From Seison nebaliae (lineage: Eukaryota): a stretch of 64,000 bases of DNA. Position numbers and translations under genes: made by a program. The stretch spans positions 62,001 through 126,000 of the forward strand of contig JALJEE010002349.1 in the NCBI GenBank assembly GCA_023231475.1. The letters are read 5' to 3'. Of the stretch, positions 1 to 12,245 are shown piece after piece; position 1 is the stretch's first letter, and the number at the start of each line of letters is the position of its first letter. The notes below the pieces were generated by a model. It was not told the origin of the DNA. It was given only the letters and a program-made list of their open reading frames with translations, and ran no database searches.

Positions 1-860
1 ATGAAGTAGCAAAATTCTGTTGAACGATTTTCGAACAGAATTTAAATTATCGATGAAAAATCTTAAATTTTTTTTCTTAATTCCTCACAGTTCATTGTCA
101 GCTTCATTCATTTAATCAATCACTTACTTTACTAACTATCCATAATTGTCTTCATTTCTTCCACCATCAATCGTTACCGGATTGTGATATATTGGACGAG
201 GAAACGAGTGAGAACCAAAATAATCATTTAATGATTTAATACAAAAAATTTTATGGCGACTATTCTCCATTTCTTTCTTTTTCGCTCTAAGGTGTTTTTC
301 TTTCATTGTTTTTATTTTAATTTGAATCGACAAGAAAACTTATCTAGAATACTATCATCCATCTCAATAATTATTTAGGGAGAACAAGGTCAACCTAATA
401 ATAATTCGCCTCCAGGTTCCCCTATTACAAAACGCACTATATGCCATATCTCGAAGAATTCCAATTAAAAAGGATTGGTTGGATACATTGTATGTTGGAC
501 AACAATTCCTTCATTTGACATGTGTAACGATTATTAAAGAAATTTCATTTTATTATAATAAATTTTAATTTTCAATTTATTTATTTTGATTATCAAATTT
601 TAGTTCAATTCATATTGTTATTAAGAACTAATCTCGTTTATTATTGGAAATCGATTAAATTTTCTTTTTTAATCACTTAAATTAAATTGATGGAAAACAA
701 GTTCATAAGTCGTGTGAACATTGTCGTCAAAATTAGATAACAGTTATTACTATAGTTATAAGTAACTTGAAATTAATTTGAATGAATTAGGAAGAAAAAA
801 GAAAATGTAAAATATTTCAATTTAAATTTTAAGTTTCTTTCTAAAAAATTTTGACTAAAA

Positions 861-1724
861 ATGGTGAAATTGACGGAATTAATCGAAAAAAAGTTTTCTT
901 TTCTAGAATATTCTTCTCATCTGTGAACTGAAATTTTCAGATTAAAATTCTCTCAGACAAATGAAGAATTCACCGTTGAATTGCCTTTTGACGACATTCC
1001 AAAGAATGACTTAAAAATAAAATGTCGAACAGATCAAGTTTTTTCTGAAATTTCATTTTTCCATTACATAAATTCAATTAGATTGAAATTATTAATTTGG
1101 GAACGGAAGAACGAAAAATTTTAAAGTTGTGGGAAGAGATCGATCAATCGTCTGTGCAAATTGAAAAGACAGAAAAAGAAGTTTTTTTCTACAAATATTT
1201 AAAGTCTCGAAAATTCTCTCGAATCTTTCGACTATTAGGTGAAAATTAGTGGTAAAAAGAAAAGTGGTGGGTTATGGGAATCTTTAGAAAGTTTCATTTT
1301 GAATTCAAAACTCTATTAAATTGGATGAATTTTAAAAGAAACGAATACTGAAAAGGCCACTATAAAATCGATGGATTATGATAAATTCAATAAAATGGCA
1401 AAAGAGATAGAGAAGGAGGAAGAGACAGAAACAGGTGAAGGAGATGAAGCTTTGACAAAGTTTTTTTCTTCTTTTTTCGATTCTTTTAAAATTTTTGTTA
1501 AAGAATGTTTCGTAAAATTTATGCAGATGGATCTGATGAACAAAAGAAGGCAATTCTTAAATCATTTGTTAACAAGATTGTTTTGAAGATTTCTTGATAA
1601 TTTTCTAATTGTTTAGAGTGAGTCTGGTGGGACTGTTTTGAGCACAAATTGGAATGAAGTAAAGAATGATAAAGTGGAAGTGAAACCGCCAGATGGTATG
1701 GAATATAAAGAATGGGAGAAATAG
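861..1724 (+). CDS. SUGT1: SGT1 Hsp90 co-chaperone (CS + SGS domains, no TPR), 7 exons
   Basis: Removing introns 893-940, 1038-1081, 1181-1238, 1291-1338, 1460-1503 and 1568-1616 gives an unbroken frame ending in the SGS signature [43 protein letters not shown]...[13 protein letters not shown]. Confidence 0.92.
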
Positions 1725-1888
1725 TTTATTGTGGTAATTAATATGAATAATAATGAATGAAACAGAAATTTTATAAAATAAAATTTAAAACGAATTTTTT
1801 AATTTAAATTTTTTGGCTTTTACTCAAAATTTTTTAAATTATTTTCTTGTTTTTCTCGAAACAACAACATTTTCAACGTCAACATAAA

Positions 1889-3627
1889 ATGGATTGTGAA
1901 GTAATTGATTTGTTTCCTTCTGATATAATTGGTTTTAATTAAATTTAATGTAAAAATTTGAAATAAATTCTCCGAAAGAATTTCTCATTACTCGACGGTT
2001 CTGTGAGAGGAATTGGAGGAGGAATCTCCTTCCTCTCCAACAAACCATACGTGACTCCTTAATTGAATCGGAAGATAATGAGTTCATTAAACAATTACCA
2101 AAGAATACAAGTTCATTCTTTTGTCAGGACGAAATTATCTTGATGAAATTGACAGATATGGATTATTTCACTTGTGTGAAATTGAAGGATGCGATGTCGG
2201 CAGCTGATCGATCGATATTTGGTAATTCTATTGTAAAAGTAATAATTTTATAGAATTTTCAATAAAGAAATTTTCGTTTAGAAATGGAAGAAGATTGTTG
2301 AACGATATGAAGATAAATCATTAAATATCGGTTCGTTTTCATCGTTAAAAAGAATTAAATATCGAAATTATAAAATTAGTTGATTCGGCGAATAAACTTA
2401 TTCAAATTCTCAAACATGATATTCCATCATTAAAAAAGGAAATTAATTATATTGGTAAATATATTTCTGTTAGTTGGTTTTAAAATATATTTTAAACGAA
2501 CGATCTCTGAAAGGATATGGAAGATACGAAAAGATCGTCATCTAAACGACTTCACGAACATCAGAAACAATTGAGAGAATTATGTGAGAAATATTATATC
2601 GAAGTTCCAATTGAAAATTTGAATTTATTTAAATTAAATTTTTTTATTTTATAATTTTCAGAATGAAAATGTTTCAATTGATGAATTGAATGAGATGTTG
2701 AATAAAAATTGTATAAAATTAAATGATGTTATTCCGTTGGTTAGAAGATTGAACGATTCGTTGACATATCATTCCCAATACACTTCGTTCATGAATAGTG
2801 CCAATACAAGTCAACAAGAATTGTTTCCAATTATTCGATTTATTATCGAGAAGAAATCGAGTAAATTGCGAGAGATGTTGAAAGAGATCAATTCGGAAGA
2901 TTTCTTATCAGAAGACGAATATTATCGAAAAGATTTGAATGATTTATTATCGAATTTATCTCAAAATGACCAAATCGATTTTTCTACCGAATATGATTTC
3001 GCAGATATCGATAATAATTATGATGAAGAAGAAAATGGTGGTGGAAGTAAAGGAATAGAATTATCGATTTTCGAATGTCAGAAAGTTCGATGGATGTTCA
3101 TCAATGAACTTTATCGATTGAAAGCATTCTTTACAGTTCGTTCGAATGAAGCGAAGAAATCTGATCAATCTGTCATTCTTTGTGAGATGACACAAAATAT
3201 GCCGAAAAATATTGAACAATTCAAATCAGAAGAAATCGATAATTTCCTCTCAAACATTCAACAAATTTTCGATATTTTCAATGAGAATGAATATCTCTTC
3301 CAAATACTCAGTGATCCAAAAAAGTTTAAAACAAATTTCTCTAATTTAAATTTTAACAATAATTTCCATTTCATTTTTAGAACGTTTGATTCAATTTTTA
3401 AACAAATTGAACTTCATCGGAAACATATTGAGAAAGAGGAGAAACATATTGAGAATTATTCGAATGACATCACGAAGAAAAGTGAACAAATCGAAGAAAT
3501 TGAGAAACAGATAATATTCATTGAGCAACAGGGGAAAGGAGAACGAAAACGAATTGGGAAGTTGATGAGTAGTCAATTATTCCAAAATAAGATTGAAATC
3601 AATATTATGAGAGAACAAGAAGTTTAA
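1889..3627 (+). CDS. CDK5RAP3: CDK5RAP3/C53-like UFMylation adaptor, 8 exons
   Basis: Introns at 1932-1978, 2111-2155, 2239-2281, 2331-2379, 2469-2513, 2604-2661 and 3324-3380. Motifs EFLITRRFCERNW, YFTCVKLKD, KWKKIVERYE, DIPSLKKEI, FINELYRLKAF and C-terminal KIEINIM resemble the C53 family. Confidence 0.8.
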
Positions 3628-6600
3628 GAAAGACGAGGAAAAAATAATTATTAATAAATAATAATATATAAACAAAATAAATTATTATAATTTGAAATAA
3701 TTGAAAAATAAACATGTCGAATGATTTATTGAAATAAAAAGAATTTTAAAGATTTGTAAATGAAACGAATTTTTGAAATGTGACGAAAAGTATAATTCTT
3801 TATCGTATGGTTGGATTGATAATTAAAGAAAAACTTGAATAACCACTCATGAGAGACGATAAAAAAAAAGTGTTTCCTAATAAATTGTTTCGTTGTTCAT
3901 TTTCGTGATTTGCTTGTATGAATAAATATGAGCACATCCTTACGTATACTACGATCTCACTCTATTTATTCTATGAAAATGAAGAAAGGAGAAATGTATC
4001 ATAAATTGAATGTATCTTATCCATAATAACAAATGAACAGATACATCTTCCTACATCCATGTCTATTGAGATAGTGATGATGATGATTAATAATTAATAA
4101 ATAAATAGATGGATTGATAGATGGATATTCAGTTGTAATCATGGCTCGCTTCATTGCTTGTAATACATTGTTCCGTTGAACGGCCGAATTCCTTCCTTAC
4201 ATCGTCTCTCTCGATTGATTTCGATGTATTGATCCATATAAATCCATATAACGATAATATAAGAAACACTAAACACTGTTAATCATTTCAATAATTGTAA
4301 GAGAGCTCATTTACGGATCATCAATTTTAGACGTTTCATACACTTCGCCCGCCTTATCTTTCTTTTCACTCAAATATTTCAACGAAAAGAAAACTTATTT
4401 GAAAATTTGTTTTTCATTTTATGAAATTGTTTCTTCTTTTTTTCAAAGATTTTCTCTCACACAACAATTTTCGATTGGATTGGAATTAAACTTTCTCAAT
4501 ATCAATTGGAAATGTCAAAGAAAGTCATCATGAAATTCTTTCAAACAAATTACGGAGGAATCTCAATTAACGAATTGGATGGATTGTATACATGCAATAA
4601 TCCGAAAAAGAACTACGATGAACGTCAAAGAGAAAGTTAATTTTTGGATCTGATAAAAATTTTTGAATTAACAAAGAATTTCTCCCAAATTCAAATGAAT
4701 TCTGTCATAAAATGGAGAAAAGGAATTTATCAATTCAATAAGTTTTGATGAATGAATTTCATGTTAAAGATAATTATTCGATTACCAAGAATTTATCAAC
4801 GTCCCCAACAATGATAAGTATGTAACATTTATAATTGATGTGCATTAGAAAAATGACATCTCTCCATTCTCATCGTTGAGATATAGTAAAAAAAAAGTAT
4901 AAAAATATTATTGTTCCTATTTTCTTCGAACATTTCACTGTCTGCTTTATGTCGAAAAATGGATTATTGAACATTCTAAATATTCATTCATTCTTCATCT
5001 CCCTCAACAAATCGATCTGACTAGTCTTTTCTCGTTCTCGTTAATGACGGTGGAGATGTGGATAAGCGTTAAAGTCCCATATCGATAAATGAAAAAAGAG
5101 AAGATCAAATACTATCTCATCAGTTTGCATACTCAAATGACAAGAAATAAAGACGTATGAGACATAGTAATGGATAAACAATGACGATACAGATAACTTG
5201 AGTTCCGTCATTTATTCTTCTCGCAAACATGTCCAGTTTTGACATCAATTTTCTAGTTTAGATTTTCACCTAATATTCTGTTTCTTTTCCTCCTTCTTCT
5301 ATTTCATTTTCCCCAAAACTATAAAAGATTTCGTCTTAATCAAATCTCAACTAATTCTCTTCAATCATCATCTGATCCATAATACATTTTGGAAATTCAT
5401 TGAAATTTTAATAATAGAAACAAATTTGAATTTTTTAATACTTGAAATAAATAAAAAATTTATATGGTCATAAATTTTATGTAATTCAATTCGATTATTT
5501 GTAAGTTTTATTTAAATAATTTTTAAGTCAAATTAAAAAACGAACTTATCATTTTATGTATCGTCTATTAATTTAAAATAATATTAATATAGTTTAGAAT
5601 GATTCTATTCTAATATGAGAAATCATTGAGTAAAAATGAGATCGTTTCTTCTTGCCGGTAAGTTGAAGTCGGTAAAATGGTATATGGAGTAGGTAAGTTA
5701 CTCGATAGAGTCGAAGTAGAAAATCGTCTTCAGAGAGTTAAAAGGAGCCGTAATAAATTGAATGTAATTTTCATTATTTTTTCTCATCTTTTTCATCGTC
5801 GTGTTATAATTGAAGACAGGTCAGAGAGACAGAAGATTTTTTCCTTTTTCATCCATTCTCGTTAGAGATTCATTATACATCATTTAGAATGCAGATGAAA
5901 GATGACGAAAATATTGAAAATTCCTAATTTACCATTTGCCACATTATCGTCGGCAACTATGAATGCTTTCATCTGCGTGAACATAAAATAACTAAACTGT
6001 TCGGTGATTGGATTAATGGAAGTATATTCTTCTTTTCAATCTTATCTTGCGATCACCGATCGAAATTTGACAGAAGAAAATCACAGGCGTTCACTAATCG
6101 ATCACTCCTCTCCTCCGTTTTCTTTTATTCACATTTTTCACTTTCTTCTCTAAACAATTCTTTTTAGGTTTATTTTTTTCGCTTTCTTCTTTTGCTTCGA
6201 TGCAAATACTAAGAATTATGTAATTTAGACATTCTTTAAAACAAAACTCATTTTTTCCATGTTATTGTTCGCGATGACCAAAAATTTAAGGAATGGGACG
6301 AAGAAACGTTTCTCTTAATTCTCGTCTAGATTTAAATAATGAAATTTCATTTGTATCGAAAAAGAAGTAACACTGATAGTAGTCGAATGGCCTTTGATTA
6401 AGGATCAGAAAGACGTTGTCCCTCTACCATTGTGATGACGTCAAAGAATGAGTTTATATTCTCAAATGGAGAAGGTTTTCAATCAACTCTCCAAAAGTGT
6501 TATGGGAGGAAATAATAAGAATAATAATAAATGAGAAATTAAATTTGAATTAGTTGTAGTTGTAGCGGGAATTTGGATGTAAAGAAATCGTGATCAATTT

Positions 6601-7787
6601 CTTCACTGATTATTATGGAATGTATGGATAATGAAAAATTGATGGGATTGAAATTTGGATTCGATCTATCTATTGTTTCAATTCTCCCACGATCATTTTA
6701 GTGCAATGAATATAATTATGGAAAATAATTATATTTAAATGGTTTCGTATTGTATGATGATGAGAGGTATGGAGGGGAGGCATAGACAATAATATGGGGA
6801 AGATGGAAAGAATATGATAATCATTCGTCTTACTAACATGATTATTAGGAACGATAACAACAATAAGAAAATCGTTATTATTATCATCATCAGAAAGAAA
6901 AAATTAGAAGTTCTCTTTATGATGGAGACATCATTTTTTCCGTCGTTCACATTATCATTATTATGATCAATATTATCATCCTAGTAGAATATTGGTTACT
7001 CTGCCTTTTCGTAAACGCCATACGCTTCTTTCCGTTCATTATGTTTTATATCCTGAGGCGAAGTTATTTATAAGGAGAATATGTCTCTCCATCTCTTTCT
7101 AGTTAACATGATTTCTACGTATGTCTTCCTTTCCTTCATCCCATATAGCTGGTGTATAGTTTCATATTCAACCGTCGATGTTTGTAGTGTGGATGGATAA
7201 TGCATCATTTAAAAGAAAAAAACTTGCTATAGTCTCTCCGTTCATCGAATGAGATTGAATGGTTGGATATTTCGTTGACTATTTCGTTCGTTAGGGACAT
7301 CGTTTCCCGTTCCCATTGTCGACAACCATAATTACACGTCAGAATGAGAAAATGGATCGATGCTTTCTAATTAAAATTATTCACGTTCTATCTATTAGAT
7401 AGAATCTAATTGTAGTTTCGAGAGGAAACGATGTAGAAAGAATTGAATAATTGCAATTGTTAGAACTATATCCATCACGATTGCCTTCACTCCTTTTCAC
7501 GTCCACTACTTCCAAATGGTGTTCCCTTCCACTCTCCACCACACAGATGACGAGATATGTGTGAAAAAGGCATTTTCACTATCATTTCATTAATGCCCAT
7601 TTACTCATCGACATTATCTTCCTCCCTTCCAGCATTATTCGGTTTTAGAGAAGACCTCCCACTTCGAGACGAGAAAAGATTGATAGTGAATAGTTTGAGG
7701 AGAAATATTTAATATTTTTTAATAATTAATCATCAATAAATCTTTTAATTTATTCTTCCATTTTTTTTTCTTATCCACAAAATTAGA

Positions 7788-10700
7788 ATGACGAACAATT
7801 CACTGGTTAAGGGAGAAAAGAGGTTGTTCGCCTCCAATTCTCATCAATACTATCGTGATAAAGAGTTGAATAACGCCTTCGAAACGAATCTGAATTGCAA
7901 ACAATTGAACTCTTCACTTAAAAATATTTATGAGGATGTTTATGATAACGAGTATGAAAATGGATTATCTGATTATCACATACCAACTAACGATAACACA
8001 ATTAATCCGATTGAGAATGATTTTGACGATTCGAATGATATCGTCGAGAATGAATTGATTCTCGACCATTTTGAAGAGAATTCGAGACATCGACGAACTG
8101 ACAGAAGTTCTGAGAGGAAAAGCGACAAAGAAATTTCAAAAATTTTATATGAAAATTCTGATGAAAGTGATAACGAATTTTCAAATGATTCAGGTACTTT
8201 TTTTTTCGAAAAAATCTCATTCTCATATTCTTAATCAGATAATGGTGGTATCAATCAACTTGGAGGTACGTTTGTTAATGGAAGACCATTGCCAGCGACG
8301 ACGAGAGAAAAGATCGTACAAATGTCTCGAGAAGGAACGAGACCATGTGACATTTCTCGATCGTTGAAAGTATCACACGGTTGTGTATCGAAAATTTTAG
8401 GAAGGTTCAAATTTTAAATTTTCATTTTTTTATATTGTTATTTATTTGTAGATTTTATGAGACGGGTTCTATTCAACCGGGTATCATTGGCGGTTCGAAA
8501 CCGAAAGTTGCGACGCCATTGGTAGTTGATGCCATTACTCGATATAAGTTCGAATGTCCCACCATGTTCGCTTGGGAAATTCGAGATAAATTGTTAAGAG
8601 ACAAAATTTGTAGTAAAGAAAAAGTGCCGAGTGTAAGCTCCATTAATCGGTTGGATGATTAATTCTCTTTGACGATAATTGACCAATGAAATTTTATCGC
8701 TTTTTTAGAATTGTACGAAATAAGGCGACGGAGACGACGAAAATTCCGGAGAATTCTTTAGATTATTCGGGCGAATCAATTCCCACGACGAAAGACGGTA
8801 ACAGTTAGATTTGAATTGTTTTTTAATTTTAATAATTTAATTGAATTAGAACATTTCCAAGAAGGGAAAATGAAAGGTCGTAAAGGTTGTGGTGGGAAGA
8901 TTGGAAAGCTTCGAAGAATGAAAAAGAAATATGAAAAGAATTATCATACAAATGAGAATGAAGACAATTTACCAATGACCAATAGCAAGAAGAATTATAA
9001 CAATAACAACAACAATGATTCTACTTATCCAACACCACCATCAATTTCGAATGGAAACATTCCAACGTCAACCATATCGAACAACTTTTATGGGAATTGT
9101 CTTGGCGATTCTTCAAATAATAATTTCAATTCGAATTCCATGTGCATCACTCCACCATCATCCCATTATGGTAAATATACGGATTATAATAATAACACTA
9201 ACAACAACAACACAAATAATAATTGTAATTCATTAGTATATTATAGGAAGGATCATTTGGGTGGAGGTAATGGAATTCCCGACGATCAATGTACACCCAC
9301 CAAATATTCAGTTTGTGATGACGGAAATTATATGATTGAAGATAACGAAAATTGCAATAACCTTCACAATAAGAAGATGATGAATAATACGACGAATTTG
9401 GTGAATAATACAGGAAATTTAGTCAGCACAATCTCATCGAACAATATGGAGAATTCGAATATAAATAATTGTTTAGAAAATTCGAAGGGAAACATTTCCA
9501 ACAATAACAACAACAACAATAATTTGATTTGTAAGTATGCGATAATTCCGTTGGGTGATGAATCGAAGATTTCGAAAAACGGACATGAAATTCGAATTGA
9601 ATTCAATAATAATGAAAATGAATTGATCGATAATATGAACAAGAGTTACGTCAATGGGAATGATAATGGAATTTATGTAGTTAATGCTGACGAGTTCAAT
9701 GCAATGAATCGGGAACATGAACAATTGTTGATTAGTCCAAATGGTCAGTCATTCGATAATGTTCATCATGGTCAATTGCCTCAAGGAGATAATATGCATA
9801 ATTATGAGAGTTATATGGGGAATAATATTACAATTTCGAATAATCATCAAAAACTTGATTCGAATTGTGAATCCGAACAACAACAACAACAACAATTGTC
9901 AATGAATGAGCTGATGGAACATGAGCTTAATATGAATGAACAAACTGATGGAAGACAAACGAATAATAATAATAATCTTCATCATTGTCATCATCAACAA
10001 CAAGTGGAATCGATGAATCATGACAACATTCCACAACAAACTATGCAAACCGATTTATCAGACGTTCAATTACAATTCCTTCAAAATGAGAATAGTCGAT
10101 TACAGACGTTCGAAGTGTCTGATACATTGAATAAGATCAATATGAATATTTCAATGACACAACAAGAATTAGAGAATGATCAATACCATCACATCAATTT
10201 CCCATGTCAAACGGATTATTTGATGTCCAATAAAGAACAAACGTCAAACACTTTGTTATACAACGAAAATGAAGACAATGTAGAAGATCATGAACAGCAA
10301 TTTATTTATCTACCTGATATGTCCACATTATCGAATGGTAATGATGTCAATCTTCAAATTGAATATAACTGGCAACAACAACAACAACAACAACAACAGC
10401 AACAACAACCAAGTAATTATGAGACTGAATCAAAAATCCAATTTCAACATTTTTCCCCATCAACCACTTCCTCCACTTATCCGATTAACAAGAGAATATC
10501 CTATCAAACTTATTTAGAGAATGCTAATTCATATCAACAACAACAACAACAACACCATCATCAACAGTATGATAATAAAAATTATTATGATATGGATGAG
10601 AAGATTGTTAGAGATAATTATCAGGAATATATTAATGAAAATGATAATTCGATAAATAATTCTTCATCAAACACATCGTCTAGAACGAAGATATCGTCCG

Positions 10701-11137
10701 AGAATGAACCATCAAATGAAGAGAAACATGATTTAATTCAAATCAACAATATGCCATTACCAAATACGACTAATTCGTTAGAACAATCTCATCATCAATG
10801 TCATTCATTCTCGATCGAGGAGAATAAATCGAATGTCTATCGATTATCCAAATCATTTTCATCCGAACATGTTAAGATGAATAATCGCTTGAATCATTAT
10901 TCCTCTGATGATGTCGCATTCGGTAATGATTTTGCTTCTTTTTCCAATTCGTCTTTACTCGAAGACAAAGCATTCATCGATACATCTCCATTTAATTTCA
11001 ATGACAATTTCGATTCAGTCAATTCAACAAACGAATACTCCAATTCTTATCATTCGTCCACGTACAAAAATAAGAAAAATGATTTCCAAGAAAATCCTTT
11101 GCCATCATTCGACACATTCGCCCAAACATTATTATGA
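7788..11137 (+). CDS. Paired-box transcription factor A (Pax2/5/8- or Pax-beta-like) with long N/Q-rich C-terminus
   Basis: Introns at 8194-8238, 8405-8451, 8650-8708 and 8798-8849. The spliced paired domain reads [18 protein letters not shown]...[42 protein letters not shown]...[12 protein letters not shown]...[14 protein letters not shown]. Confidence 0.9.
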
Positions 11138-12245
11138 CCCATTTCCCATTTTTACAAATCCATATTATTTTCGAGAATTTCATTTTATGATAATTTTTTT
11201 TATCACAATCCAAAAACACAACAACAACAATAACAACTTTGTTTTCCTATTCGACTTTATTAGGGCAAAGTTCTTGTTATTATGAACCTTATTTATATTT
11301 TCATTTACCTAACAAATTTACATTATTCCCATCCATAATTATGATCATGAATATAATTAAAGAAAATTAATGAGCATCTTTATTTCCATTATTCTTCTCG
11401 TCATTCCATTTTCATCTTCATTATCATTTTCCCTTAATAAATTATTATCACTTGAAAACATTCAATTATTCTTCCAACCGTACTTAATGAAGTTACATGC
11501 TCAATAACTCATTCATTGAACTTAGACTGAGATCGATGAGAGTAAAAAAATCGGAAAATATTAATAAAAATATTCATCCTCCAAAAGAAAAACTTTTTCC
11601 AAATCACACAAAAACAACTTCCAAAAACTACTAATATATCATCTTTACTCTCAAAAATAATTCCATTCAAATTCTATTCAGTTCAAGAAACGAACAATCT
11701 TCTCCAAATTCTTCCACTATCCAGTGTCTCAAACAAATCAAATTCTTCATCGGTTAGTTCCCAACTGATTCGTTAAAATACTTTCTCTTAACAACTCATT
11801 TGTGAATGGGAACGAAATAATTTCATTGAGTCACCATCGTATCGATGGTTCCAAATTAAACGTGTGAGATGCATTCTCAGATTGATGTTTTTATCACAAA
11901 AATTCCAAAATTTTCTTGCAAGAATATCGTTAGATCTCTAAGGAGATGGTTTGAGTAGAAAAATTCTCTATATTAAAGACGAAGAAAGAATTGTAGATTA
12001 ATTTCAATTTGTTTTATTAAGTTACTTCTGTTGTTGATTGAAAGAAATTTAATGGTGCCTGAAGTTCCAGTTGGATACCTTCCTTTATATTACTCTCCAA
12101 GACAATAATTTCATTTTGATTTCCGTAAACATTCGGATTGTCGATGATTCTCCACTTTTCATTTCATCTTTTCCTAATAATTTCGTTTTATTCGAATCAA
12201 TCACAAATAGAAATTTAGTTTTGGAAATTTTGAGGACAGTGTGAA

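Noticed and set aside
136..521. Possible small spliced minus-strand gene at the window start
   Set aside because: Several alternative splicings are possible and none gives a recognisable or uniquely supported protein
9015..11285. Many overlapping alternative-frame and antisense ORFs (also within sortilin, the peroxidase, SF3B4 and the GPCR)
   Set aside because: Shadow ORFs of low-complexity or codon-biased coding sequence with no independent motifs
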